Both the position numbers and the translations under genes were made by a program. 64,000 bases of DNA, from assembly GCF_006345805.1 (NCBI RefSeq), contig NC_043001.1:89652001-89716000 (forward strand), given 5' to 3'. Shown here in pieces: positions 27,393-37,730 of this stretch. Each line of letters begins with the position of its first letter. Within the stretch, counting starts at the first letter, position 1. This DNA is from Octopus sinensis. Its lineage: Eukaryota. The notes under the pieces were generated by a model. That model worked only from the letters and a program-made list of their open reading frames with translations. It was not told the origin of the DNA and made no database searches.

Positions 27393-28544
27393 CGAGGGGC
27401 GATCAATAAGTAATGCCCCTGACCCACTTCCCATAGCAGTAGAGCAACGAAACTTGGCACAGTTATTAGTCTTTTTCTACATAGGAACCATCCAGAGTTA
27501 CGCATTTCTCCCATCGTTTGATGCAGCTCTGGAGACCGTTTTTGTAGAAGACCCCCAGCTTGGTCCTCCAACCTCAACGTGACTTCAGAAATCAAGGCTG
27601 CATCATCTGGGAAACGCTTTCCTTTCAAAAACAACTTCATGGCTGGGAAGAGGTGAAAATCAGAGGGTGCAAGGTCAGGAGAGTAGGGGTGATGGGGGGG
27701 AGTTCATAGCCGCACGCCTGTGCTTCTGATCTGGTGACACGCGAGTTGTAGACTAGAGCGTTGTCCTGCAGGAGGAGGATGCCTTTGCTGATCTTGCCCC
27801 GCCTCTTGATTTTGATAGATTCTCTTAATTTCCTCAGAAGTGAAGCATAATAGGCTCCTGTAATTGTGGTACCCTTTTCCAGGAAATCTGTCATCACTAC
27901 TCCGTCCTGGTCCCAGAAGACTGTGAGCATGACCTTGCCAGCGGAGGGCTGCACCCTTGCCTTCTTTGGAGGAGGTGAGTCACGGTGCTTCCACTGCATT
28001 GACTGGGCTTTGGTCTCTGGATCATAGTGATGGACCCAGGTTTCATCCTGTGTAATCAGTCTTTTGAAAAATTTTGACTCATCTTCTTGGCACATCTCCA
28101 AATTCATCCTTGAGCACTCAACACGTTCTTGCTTCTGGAAAGGTGTGAGCAACCTGGGAATCCATCTGGCAGACACCTTTCGCATATGCAAATGGTCATG
28201 AATGATAGTTTCCACAGAGTTCCGACCATGTTTAAATTCACGATGCCAGCGTTTTACAAGGTCATATGATGGGGCATCATCACCATAAGTTACTTTCATT
28301 TCATCAAAAGTCTCCCGTGGTGTGCGTCCTTTCAAATACAAAAACCGGATCACTGCTCGACACTCAACAGTCTCCATTTCACACTTGACTCAGTTCAAAC
28401 ACCTGTAAATCAGAAACCACAATTAATTCAGAGCTTTAATTTGCCACTGAATCGATAGAGATATAAATAATTGCAAATGCAAAATTTCAGCTGGATCAAA
28501 CAACTGCAAGTGGGTCAGGGGCATTACTTATTGAACGCCCCTCG
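27393..28544 (-). mobile_element. mariner copy 3 with both TIRs and an in-frame 141-bp internal deletion (ORF 27637..28377)
   Basis: TA-flanked TIRs. The protein reads HGRNSVET|IIHDHL, missing 47 aa present in copies 1 and 2. Confidence 0.95.
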
Positions 28545-29179
28545 TACCCTTTCTTGTTGACTGCAATTTTTTCAGTTATATATGTATGTGTGTGTGTGTT
28601 GTGTCTTTGCACCTATTTGTTCTTCACCACCGCTTGGAAACTGATGTTGGCATGCTTATGGTACCTTAGCTTAGTGGTTCATCAAAAGAGTCTGATTGTA
28701 TCAGAATTAGAAAAATAAAAAAAAAGTACTAGTGTCAATTCGTTTGACTAAAATTCATCAAAGTGGTGTCCCTGCATGTCCGCAGTATAATGACTGAAGC
28801 AAGTATAAGATAAAAAATTGTTCCAGGAATATCTAATATAGTGCCAATTTATTTTAGTTACAATATGACCTTCAACTATTATTTGATGATAACTGTTCTG
28901 ACTTCATTGGAAATTCTGTTTCTCTGGTTGACTACAATAGCTGATGAACAATAGCACTGATAAATACTTAATGTAAGTTGACAATAACGAAATTAAAATT
29001 AATGGCAAAAATAAAGTTGATGACGATCAAATTAAAGTTGGCAATGATATAATCAAGACAAATGACACCATAGCCAAGATAGCTGAGAACAAGAATGAGG
29101 CTGATGTTGATTTGATAAGTTGATAATGTCAGATTTGAGGGGGAAATCCTGTATGTGTGTATGTGTGTATGTATGTATG

Positions 29180-29233
<54 letters not shown>

Positions 29234-29235
29234 CA

Positions 29236-29471
29236 CATTGGGTTGTCCGGAAAGTTCATGCCGATTTATAGTAGCTTACCTTTCGACTTATTTTAGAACA
29301 TGGTTGAGTCCATGAAATAGGATTTGATTTACACCTCCATTTAGAGCACAGTTTAAGCTATCTTTTCGTGGAAGAAGGTTTATGTTCCTATAACCTGTGT
29401 TAATTCTGTAACCCTTTAAAATGGAAGATAAGAAAGTTCATTTTCGGCACTTGATGCTTTTCTTTTTCCGT
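29236..29471 (+). mobile_element. 5' fragment of a mariner (TIR, leader and first codons)
   Basis: cattgggttgtccggaaagttcatgccgattt TIR, followed by ATG MEDKKVHFRHLMLFFFR. Confidence 0.8.
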
Positions 29472-29996
29472 AATGCTTCACAATCAACTAATACATTGAG
29501 GTCCTGGAAACAATTGCTAAGCCCTAGATAGACTGTGTATGAAATGGAAGGCCATATGTGTTTCAGTAAGACTCTGCACTATCACACATGACTCTAGTAA
29601 CACAAGAATGGATGGCTGAAAATTTTCATGATCACATAACCCCTAACATTTGGCCTCCTAATTCCCCAGATCTCAATCCATTGGACTATTACATATGGAT
29701 TGCTGTTGAGAGAGAGGTCAATGAACACACCCATAACACTAAAGATTCTTTGAAAGCTGCTATAGTCAGAGTAATGTCCAAAATGAACCAGGACCACTTG
29801 ATTCGAGGATGTAGATGATTTAGATCTCATATACAAGCAGTTGATGAAGCTGAAGGTGGCTTTATTAAATAACATCACAGAATAGAAGGTTTATTTTTAT
29901 CGTCATAGCATTTTTTGATAAATAAAGTTATTATCTGTTATTATGTATCTGTTTTTTATAAACATAAATCTGTCCTCAAATATCTCATGCACCCTG
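29472..29996 (+). mobile_element. 3' half of a DD37D transposon with right TIR
   Basis: DSALSH...WPPNSPDLNPLD has exactly 37 residues between the Asp residues. Ends tctcatgcaccctg|TA. Confidence 0.88.
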
Positions 29997-30471
29997 TATA
30001 TATCTGTTTATATCTCACTCTGTCTCTGTAGTCTATATTCTCTGTTATGCTCACCTTCTTGTACCTTAAGAGCTTGCTCTGGCACTCTGTCACTACCTTC
30101 CTATTATCTCCTTCAGCCATGTAGCTCCTCTATTACAAGGCAATGATGCTTGTCCTTCTATCATACTTTAACCTTCTAACACTCTCTCAAATACCTTCCA
30201 CTTAGTAGTGGGGACTTTTTTGTCTTCATTTTCCATGTTCTTTTTTCTGTCTTGTAAGTTACACAGCAACCCTAAAGCTGCCCAAAAATAAAAAAGAAAG
30301 CATGCAGTACACCCTCTAAAGTGTTTGGTGTTAGGAAGGACATTCAGTCAAAAACCATGCCAAAACTGATATTGGAACTTGACACATCCTTGTGACTCAC
30401 TAGATCCTTTCAAACTGTCCAACCCAAACTAGCATGGAAAGTGGGCATTAAATGATAATGGTAATGATGAT

Positions 30472-30474
<3 letters not shown>

Positions 30475-30570
<96 letters not shown>

Positions 30571-30580
30571 GTTAATAATA

Positions 30581-30628
<48 letters not shown>

Positions 30629-30650
30629 TAATAATAATAATAACAATAAT
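30475..30650. repeat. (TC)n-(TA)n-(TAA)n compound microsatellite
   Basis: Seen directly; abuts the 30.6-31.1 kb fold-back. Confidence 0.95.
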
Positions 30651-31092
30651 CTTTGGATAGAATTTATAGATATTTTAATGATTGCTCTACATGTTTCCAC
30701 AAATTACACGTCTCTTAAGATCATAGTCCATATTCCAGGGATAATTAAGATGTAGTCTGTAGTATCCATGGGCATCAGGTAGATCATCTTCCTGGATTCA
30801 TTTGTTCAGGTGATATAGCATTAATGGATGTTTAACTGAGGGTTGTTTATCACTTTTGATCAAAAAGGTCAAAAAGTGATAAATAACCCTCAGTTAAACA
30901 TTCATCTATGTTACATCATCTGAAGAAATGAATCATGAAAATGATCTAACTGATGCCCATGGATACTACAGACTACACTGTGATCATCCCAGGAATATGG
31001 TCTGTGATCTTTAGAGACATGTGATTTGTGGAAACGCGTGTAGCAATGTGTTAAAATATTTATAAATTCCATCCAAGGATTATTATTATTAT
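30640..31092. repeat. Imperfect fold-back, arms about 220 bp, 5-nt loop near 30864
   Basis: For example aactgagggttgtttatcactttt pairs with aaaaagtgataaataaccctcagtt, and gtagtctgtagtatccatgggcatcag pairs with ctgatgcccatggatactacagactac. Confidence 0.93.
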
Positions 31093-31229
31093 ATTTATCC
31101 TACATTATATCATTACAGCTTGGTGCAACCGCAAAATATTGGTTCACCAGATAGCATCATTAGACTGTAGCCAACATAATGGAATAGGAGCTTTATTTGT
31201 GTATTCAAAAATTTCCTGTAAACAAATTT

Positions 31230-31297
<68 letters not shown>

Positions 31298-31631
31298 ATG
31301 TGTGTGTGTGTGTGTGTGTGTGTGTCAGAATGTATCCTTTTGGGTTTCATAAAAACAACAGTACCATTGATGTCATTGGACTTGTTCAATTGCTAAAGTG
31401 TGAGAGCATTAGATGAGATGCCTTTTTGTATCTGTGAGTTCTGATTGCAAAGATTGGGATGACACTGCTCTCAAACTTACTGGCATTAGCTATTTATCAG
31501 GAAAGCATCAGCAGCCTGGGGAGAAGCAAGTTAAATGGATGGGTGCCTACAGGTCTTTCATGAAACTTAAACCAGACTTGTGCCTCGGAGAGTATCTTTC
31601 CTGGTGGAGATCTATAAGCTCAGAAGACATA

Positions 31632-32848
31632 CAGGGGCTGTGAGGTTTATTTTTCAACACAGTTCCCTTTGTGGTCCACATATTTCTTCCATCAGTGTTG
31701 CTGTGCTTTAATTCCATTGGTGAAGAGGCTTTCTTCCTGTTGGTAAAAAAGGTCATCAACAGCAGATATGACATCATCATCACTGTGATACTGGTTCTCA
31801 GCCAAGTGCTTTTTCATGTTGGGGAACAAATGATAGTCAGATGGGGCCAAATCAGGAAAATATGGAGGGGTAATCAACCAGTTCAAAGCCACAGTCATAC
31901 ACAGCAGCCATTGAAAGCAAGAACTTGTGTGCTGGAGCATTGTCCTGATGAAACAAGTCCTTGTTTGTCAATTTTCCTGCTTGTTTGGTCTTGATAGCCT
32001 TTTGTAACTGCCTTAGCAAGTTGGCATAGTACTCTCTATTGGCAGTGTGGCCCTTTTGAAGATAGTCAATAAACCCAATGCTTTTTGCATCCTAAAAAAC
32101 TGAGGCCATCACCTTTCCTGCAGATGAAATTACCTTGGCCTTTTTTGGAGCAGGTGAGGTGGGATGTTTCCACTGCATGGATTATCTCTTTGTCTCTGGC
32201 TGTAAGTGATAAAGCCAACACTTATCCAAGGAAACCCCCTGGAAATGCCTCAAACAATGTCAGATTTTCCATGATGTGATCAGCCTGGTGCACTTTTGAT
32301 CTGTTGTCAGAAGTCAGGGCACCCACCAAACAGAAACCTTTGTCGTGCCAAGTTTATTATGCAGAATATTCTCAACTCACTCACAGGATATGCTAATAGC
32401 ATATTTACAGTCAATCGCTTGTCATCTAGTACCATGTGGTGAACATGATCAATGTTTTCCTCTGTGGTGGCAGTTGCAGGATGTCCAGATGTTGGATCAA
32501 CTTTAAGACTCTCCCTTTTCCTCCTAAATTCAGCTGCCCACTTTTGCACTGTTGATAAAGCTGGAGCATCATTCCTTAATGTAGCAACCATGTCTACATG
32601 AATGCTCTAAGGGGCTAAAGCCTTTTTCTGGAGGAACTTCATAACATGGCAATGCCAACTTTTGTCCATTTTCAAGAGAAGTTGGTACTAGTTACTTTTG
32701 AAGGTCATCTTTGAACAGTGAATTGTCAGTTTACCTGGAAAGAAACAATGTAGTTATTAATGAGAAGGGGTGAAATTAATGCATGCAAGATTTTACAGCT
32801 CTAGCATGACTCCTTCATAGTCAGCCTATGAACTTCTCAGCTCACTCA
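31632..32848 (-). mobile_element. Decayed mariner (DD34D) of a second family
   Basis: ATG 32669 (MDKSWHC..), FHQDNAPAH, PDLAPSDYHLFPNMKKHL, stop at 31647. Degenerate TIR tcagcctatgaacttctcagc at the right end. Confidence 0.88.
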
Positions 32849-32924
32849 TGTGTGTGTGTGTGTGTATATTCATTCATTCATTCATTCATATATATATATA
32901 TATATGTATATGTATCTCTTTCTC

Positions 32925-33328
32925 TTTCTCTTTTTCTTGTTTCAGTCATTTTGACTGCGGCCATGCTGGAGCACCGCCTTTAGTCAAGCAAATCGACCCC
33001 GGGACTTATTCTTTGTAAGCCCAGTACTTATACTATCGGTCTCTTTTGCTGAACCGCTAAGTGACGGGGACGTAAACACACCAGCATCAGTTGTCAAGCA
33101 ATGCTAGGGGGGACAAACACACACACACACACATACACACACACATATATATATATACACATATACGACAGGCTTCTTTCAGTTTCCGTCTACCAAATTC
33201 ACTCACAAGGCATTGGTCAGCCCGGGGCTATAGCAGAAGACACTTGCCCAAGATGCCACGCAGTGGGACTGAACCCGGAACCATGTGGTTGGTTAGCAAG
33301 CTACTTACCACACAGCCACTCCTGCGCC
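32925..33328 (-). mobile_element. SINE family B, full-length, with internal microsatellite
   Basis: Minus head GGCGCAGGAGTGGCTGTGTGGTAAGTAGCTTGC..GGTTCAGTCCC, central (TA)/(TG) tract, 3' body ending GACTGAAACAAG. Confidence 0.9.
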
Positions 33329-33451
33329 TATGTATACGTACATATATTTATGTGCATATATTTATGCGCCTATGTATACGTACATATATTTATGTATACG
33401 CACTCATTCACACATGTGTATATTCAATTATATATATATATATATACACAC

Positions 33452-33493
<42 letters not shown>

Positions 33494-35167
33494 TGTATAC
33501 ATCTAGAGATGAATGATTCTATTGACAAGGCAGTAAAAGAAGATACAAGATACAACAAGTAAATAACATTGATTTCACCTAACCTAAAATGACAGCTTCT
33601 TGTATACATATTTCAAGTTAACATGTGAATACAAGCATCCATGTTTATGCATGTATGTGCATGTATTTGCAACAAAAGTTATACTGGAAGTGAAAGGTGT
33701 CTTGGTCCAAAGCACTATTGTTTATGGATGCATGACAGAGCTTTAGATGCTACAAGATATATGAGCACATATGCTTAACAACTGAATTATCACTAGAAAG
33801 TAGAAATGATATTAAGGGGTTCTTAAGTAAATTCATTAAAGAAAGTGTATCTGATAAAGCACTCATGGAGGAAAAATCTACATCAGCATTTTGAACATTT
33901 TTTTGTAAAAATATTTTCATGTTTTACTTGAAAGATATTCTTTAGCTTAAAATGTTTGTAATACCAGATAATAAGCATTTATTAGCATGGAATGAACGAA
34001 CACCAACATGATAGAGCAAAAACATTCTTTACAACTCATTTCTAATGAAATCAATCCAAAGTACTGAGGTTGATATGATTGACTTAAACGATCAAAAGTG
34101 GTCATGATCATAGTCTTGTAACTGAAACCAATTCAGAATTATTTATTGAGAGTATATATGTTATATGTGTATGATAAAATTTATGTAATATGCCATAGAA
34201 CAAGTGCATCCCTTCTAAGTAGTTATAGGATAACACAGTTATCTAATATATATGTTTTCTCTGGGTAAATTGCCAAGATAATGACTGAATTGGTAGGGAC
34301 AGTTTTACCAATCTGGTAGAATCTGAGTTGCTGATTTAAGAAAACATTGATTTCTAACATAGGCATAAAGCCACAGCCACAAATTAATGGGATTACAGTT
34401 GATAAAGACTAATACCAGTTGACTCAACTGATATTTGAAATCAGAATACAGAGTATCATATTAGCACTGTACTGTCATGGATGGTTGAGTTTTGACTTCA
34501 CTTGTGCCACATACCTAGCAATGGTGTCTGTTCATATATCTCCAAGACTTTCTTTAACAGAAGGTAGATCTTGTTGGAGGGTAAAAAATTCCCGGTTTTT
34601 ATCAATATACCAGATTATGAAGGACATACTTAAATGACACTGTAGAATTGTTGAAAGCAATTGAAATGAATATTTTATAGATCTTCTCATTGATGCACCT
34701 GCTTACTATCTTTACTAAACTGCAATCAAGTTCACTGCAGTAGTTATTGCAGTAATCCCCATTGTTGTAAATATGCAAACTAGGGTTTCATGATGCAATA
34801 AATATCTGCAGTAACAAAGCTGCGGAAGAGTTATAAGCTTACTTCAATGGTTGTAAAATAGTTCTGAAAGATTTATGCTTACAAATAATTACACGCATAC
34901 ATACACATATCACACATATTGGGAAATACATATATATATTTTAAATTTGTATGTATTTTTGTGCAAGCATATCTTTCTCTCCCCTTTTCTGCCTCTCTGT
35001 CTCTGTTTCATTCTCTCTCTCTCTCTCACTCTCTCTCTTTCTATATATATATATATATATATATATTGGTAAAACGGTAAGATAACAAAAGAAAGAAAGA
35101 GACCTCAATATTATGTAAATAGAGGAAATTCATCTATACAATAATATGTTACATTACTCGATAGTCA

Positions 35168-35227
35168 AGATAAAACTCTGAGTTTCAGATGCCGAAGTGG
35201 GAATCCACGACATCTCTTCGGTTATCT
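35168..35227 (-). ncRNA. Type I hammerhead ribozyme-like motif in the PLE 3' pseudo-LTR
   Basis: Minus strand reads AGATAA-CCGAAGA-GATGTCG(13 nt)CGGCATC-T-GAAAC-TCAGAG-TT-TTATCT: 6-bp stem I, 7-bp stem II, quasi-palindromic stem III, GUU site. Confidence 0.65.
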
Positions 35228-35305
35228 GGCTATTTGAAAACGCTATGAAAAAATACCGTTATACAAAGGGAAATTACTGTGTTATAACTCTGCTTGCCTG
35301 CGTAC

Positions 35306-37141
35306 TTATACATCGCTCGTATTTTTCGCCATAAAAATTATATAAAAATACATAAAAAATATATAAAAAATATATAAAAATATACCTAAAATATATGATA
35401 GAAGGTGCGATGAGGTAAAAAAAAACCTTCTTGGGACATAACATAGAAAGCATGTTCTATCTGTTTTCTTTAGGGGACCAAAACGTAACAGAAATTTAGT
35501 CACATGTTGGCATGATCCGAAAAGTTCTGTCCTTGTGTTTAGACATGTAGTAGGGTCTAAGCTGCTTTTCCAGATAAGCCATCTCTCCATGTCGCATAGA
35601 CCGCACCTTCCGCTGCCGTTGGTATAGGGCTTACATCTGGCCAAAATCTTCCAATGTATGTTATAATCGACACCTTTATCTCTTAAAGACCAAATATGAT
35701 TAGATAATTGTGTCGCTTTTCTTTTGTTCCAGTGCCTAAAGCTCAAAGTGTGGTTATTGAACCTGGCCTTGAAGTTACCCTCTGTAAGGCCCACGTATTT
35801 CTTCGTTGAAACGGTGTCTTTAGTGGTTATAGAGTCTACGGTAGCTTCATATATGATGGTCTTGGACATGCAAGCTCCATTTAGCGGGCACAGTTCTTTA
35901 TTCCTGCATGAACAGCTGTTTTCTTGTTGTGTTTTTTGTATGTTATGTTTGATTATGTTTTTAAAATTGGTAGTGGAACTAAAACTAATTTTTAAATTGT
36001 GTCTATTGAAGAGTTTCCTATAAGTATGGTTAACTGGAAAATGTCTATCTATCAGTGCTAGGAAATATTTACCTATATTGAAGGCCACCACGGGTGAGTA
36101 AGGGGGCGTAAACCAGATGACCTTCCTATTTCTATTATTCCTTTTCCTTACTGTTGGGCTAGTAATGGGTGTATATTTTATTTTTTCCTTAAAACCACTA
36201 TCTTTTAAAGCCTTATTATAAACTGGGGCAACGCTATTGAAGATGTCCTTATCAGAGGAGAGGCTAGAAATCCTCTTACTAATATTTTTAACTAAATTTT
36301 TGAATACTATAGGGGGATGGCATGAACCTACATTAATATAACTTAGTCTATCATTGGGCTTCCTATAAGGCTTATAAATATTCTTATTAAGATCTAAGGA
36401 AATGTCTAAGAAATTGACAACCATCAGGTTAGTATCTATAGTTATACTAAGTCCGAAGTATTTCATTAACTGGATAATATCCTTCCTAAAACGATCTTGT
36501 GCTGGTCCATTTGTATTAGCTGTTAAGGCGAGGGCATCATCTTTGTAGATGGCGAAATGTACGTCAGGGAATGTCTTACCTAAGGTATCTAGGAGAAAAA
36601 GTCCAATTAGATTGCAGATGTCTGCCCCATCATATGAACCCATGCTCACATCGAAATCGCCCTCTGTGTCGGTGTTTTTTACCCACTTTGCATTCTCACT
36701 GAAAAGTAAGGTCTTTCTAGCATGGAAGATTATGTCCTTATCATTTGTACTAATTTCTATGAAGTCGCTAGCGAAGACGAGGGCTTTATCTAGCAGTTCT
36801 TTAGAGATAGAAGCATAAAAATCAACAATATCGAATTGTGTGAACCTCGCTTTTTTCTTATTCTTAATGGCTTTAAACCAGTCTACGACTTCTATACTAT
36901 TGGACCATTGTACTAGCCTAGTATCGGTCTTAATTTTCGCATTTATTTTATCTAAAATTTCTTTACTAATAATCCCAAGTTCTGACTTGGCTGGGTTGAT
37001 AAGCCTACATTTAGGGTTGGAAAGGAAGTTATCTTTGTGATCTTTAATAGTAATAAAGGCCTCTTTTTGGGAGAGGGCTTCTATTTTTTTATCTAATTTA
37101 AGTTTAGCGGTGATGACGCTAGCTTCTTTATTAATTTCGTT
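35306..37141 (-). CDS. PLE RT-GIY-YIG polyprotein, partial (no start codon; 612 codons including stop)
   Basis: Manual translation of 37141-36650 is stop-free and in frame with track ORF 35306..36649. Confidence 0.88.
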   Translation of the reverse strand, partial: NEINKEASVITAKLKLDKKIEALSQKEAFITIKDHKDNFLSNPKCRLINPAKSELGIISKEILDKINAKIKTDTRLVQWSNSIEVVDWFKAIKNKKKARFTQFDIVDFYASISKELLDKALVFASDFIEISTNDKDIIFHARKTLLFSENAKWVKNTDTEGDFDVSMGSYDGADICNLIGLFLLDTLGKTFPDVHFAIYKDDALALTANTNGPAQDRFRKDIIQLMKYFGLSITIDTNLMVVNFLDISLDLNKNIYKPYRKPNDRLSYINVGSCHPPIVFKNLVKNISKRISSLSSDKDIFNSVAPVYNKALKDSGFKEKIKYTPITSPTVRKRNNRNRKVIWFTPPYSPVVAFNIGKYFLALIDRHFPVNHTYRKLFNRHNLKISFSSTTNFKNIIKHNIQKTQQENSCSCRNKELCPLNGACMSKTIIYEATVDSITTKDTVSTKKYVGLTEGNFKARFNNHTLSFRHWNKRKATQLSNHIWSLRDKGVDYNIHWKILARCKPYTNGSGRCGLCDMERWLIWKSSLDPTTCLNTRTELFGSCQHVTKFLLRFGPLKKTDRTCFLCYVPRRFFFTSSHLLSYILGIFLYIFYIFFMYFYIIFMAKNTSDV

Positions 37142-37208
37142 ATATGTCTGTGTATATATATAAATATATACACATATGTGTATGTGTGTGTGTGGGAGAG
37201 AGGGTTTG

Positions 37209-37247
<39 letters not shown>

Positions 37248-37529
37248 TATCATTTTCATCATCATTTTACTAGCTATTTTGTTCTGCAAGTATGGTTTAA
37301 TATGTCTACAATACTGCACCTCTTCATGAATTTTGATGCTGTATCATATCATATTTGTAAGACTCAATATTCTAATACATGTCCTAATGATTTCATCTTC
37401 TACACAACCTAATTTTTGTCTAACATGGTTTATTCATATTACATGTACACATTTTACACATATAAATTTAGTCTCTATGTTTACTGTACCAGGTTTCCTA
37501 CACATATAATGTCATGCACCTGACATTTT

Positions 37530-37730
37530 GTGTCCCTGTCACTGCTTGACAACCGCTGTTGGTGTGTTTATGTCCCTGTAAATTAGCAGTTCAGCAAAAG
37601 AGACTAATAAAATAAGTAATAGGCTTTAAAAAAAATAAGTTGATTTGTTTGACTAAAACCCTTCAAAGTGGTGCTCCAGCAATGCTGCAGTCAAATGACT
37701 GAAACAAGTAAAAGAATAAAAGAATAAAAG
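37530..37730 (+). mobile_element. SINE family B 3' body
   Basis: gcttgacaaccgctgttggtgtgtttatgtccc..gcagtcaaatgactgaaacaagtaaaaga. Similar pieces at about 13070-13190, 28600-28810, 58905-59010 and 60530-60665. Confidence 0.8.

Larger units (their letters stand above)
35067..37143 (-). mobile_element. Penelope-like retroelement (RT plus C-terminal GIY-YIG endonuclease), 5'-truncated, young
   Basis: Frame open from 37141 to TAA at 35306. RT motifs KDHKDNF..CRLINPAKSELG, FDIVDFYASI, MGSYDGA, IYKDDAL, VNFLDI. Endonuclease motifs CSC..CPLNGAC, IIYEATV..KYVGLT..FKARFNNH. Both ends abut (TA)n/(TG)n microsatellites. Confidence 0.93.

Noticed and set aside
28978-29125. 49-codon protein-like open frame (VDNNEIKINGKNKVDDDQ...)
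   Set aside because: No acceptor or start, bounded by stops, and of low-complexity A/G-rich composition.
31413-31643. 76-aa ORF next to the mariner
   Set aside because: No recognisable domain or splice signals; its end overlaps the mariner terminus.
33323-33395. 31-bp duplication at the 5' end of the family B SINE
   Set aside because: A local tandem duplication on one flank, not a TSD; ordinary slippage.
35306-37141. Selenoprotein-type PLE
   Set aside because: No in-frame TGA, and the endonuclease is C-terminal, unlike Naiad elements.
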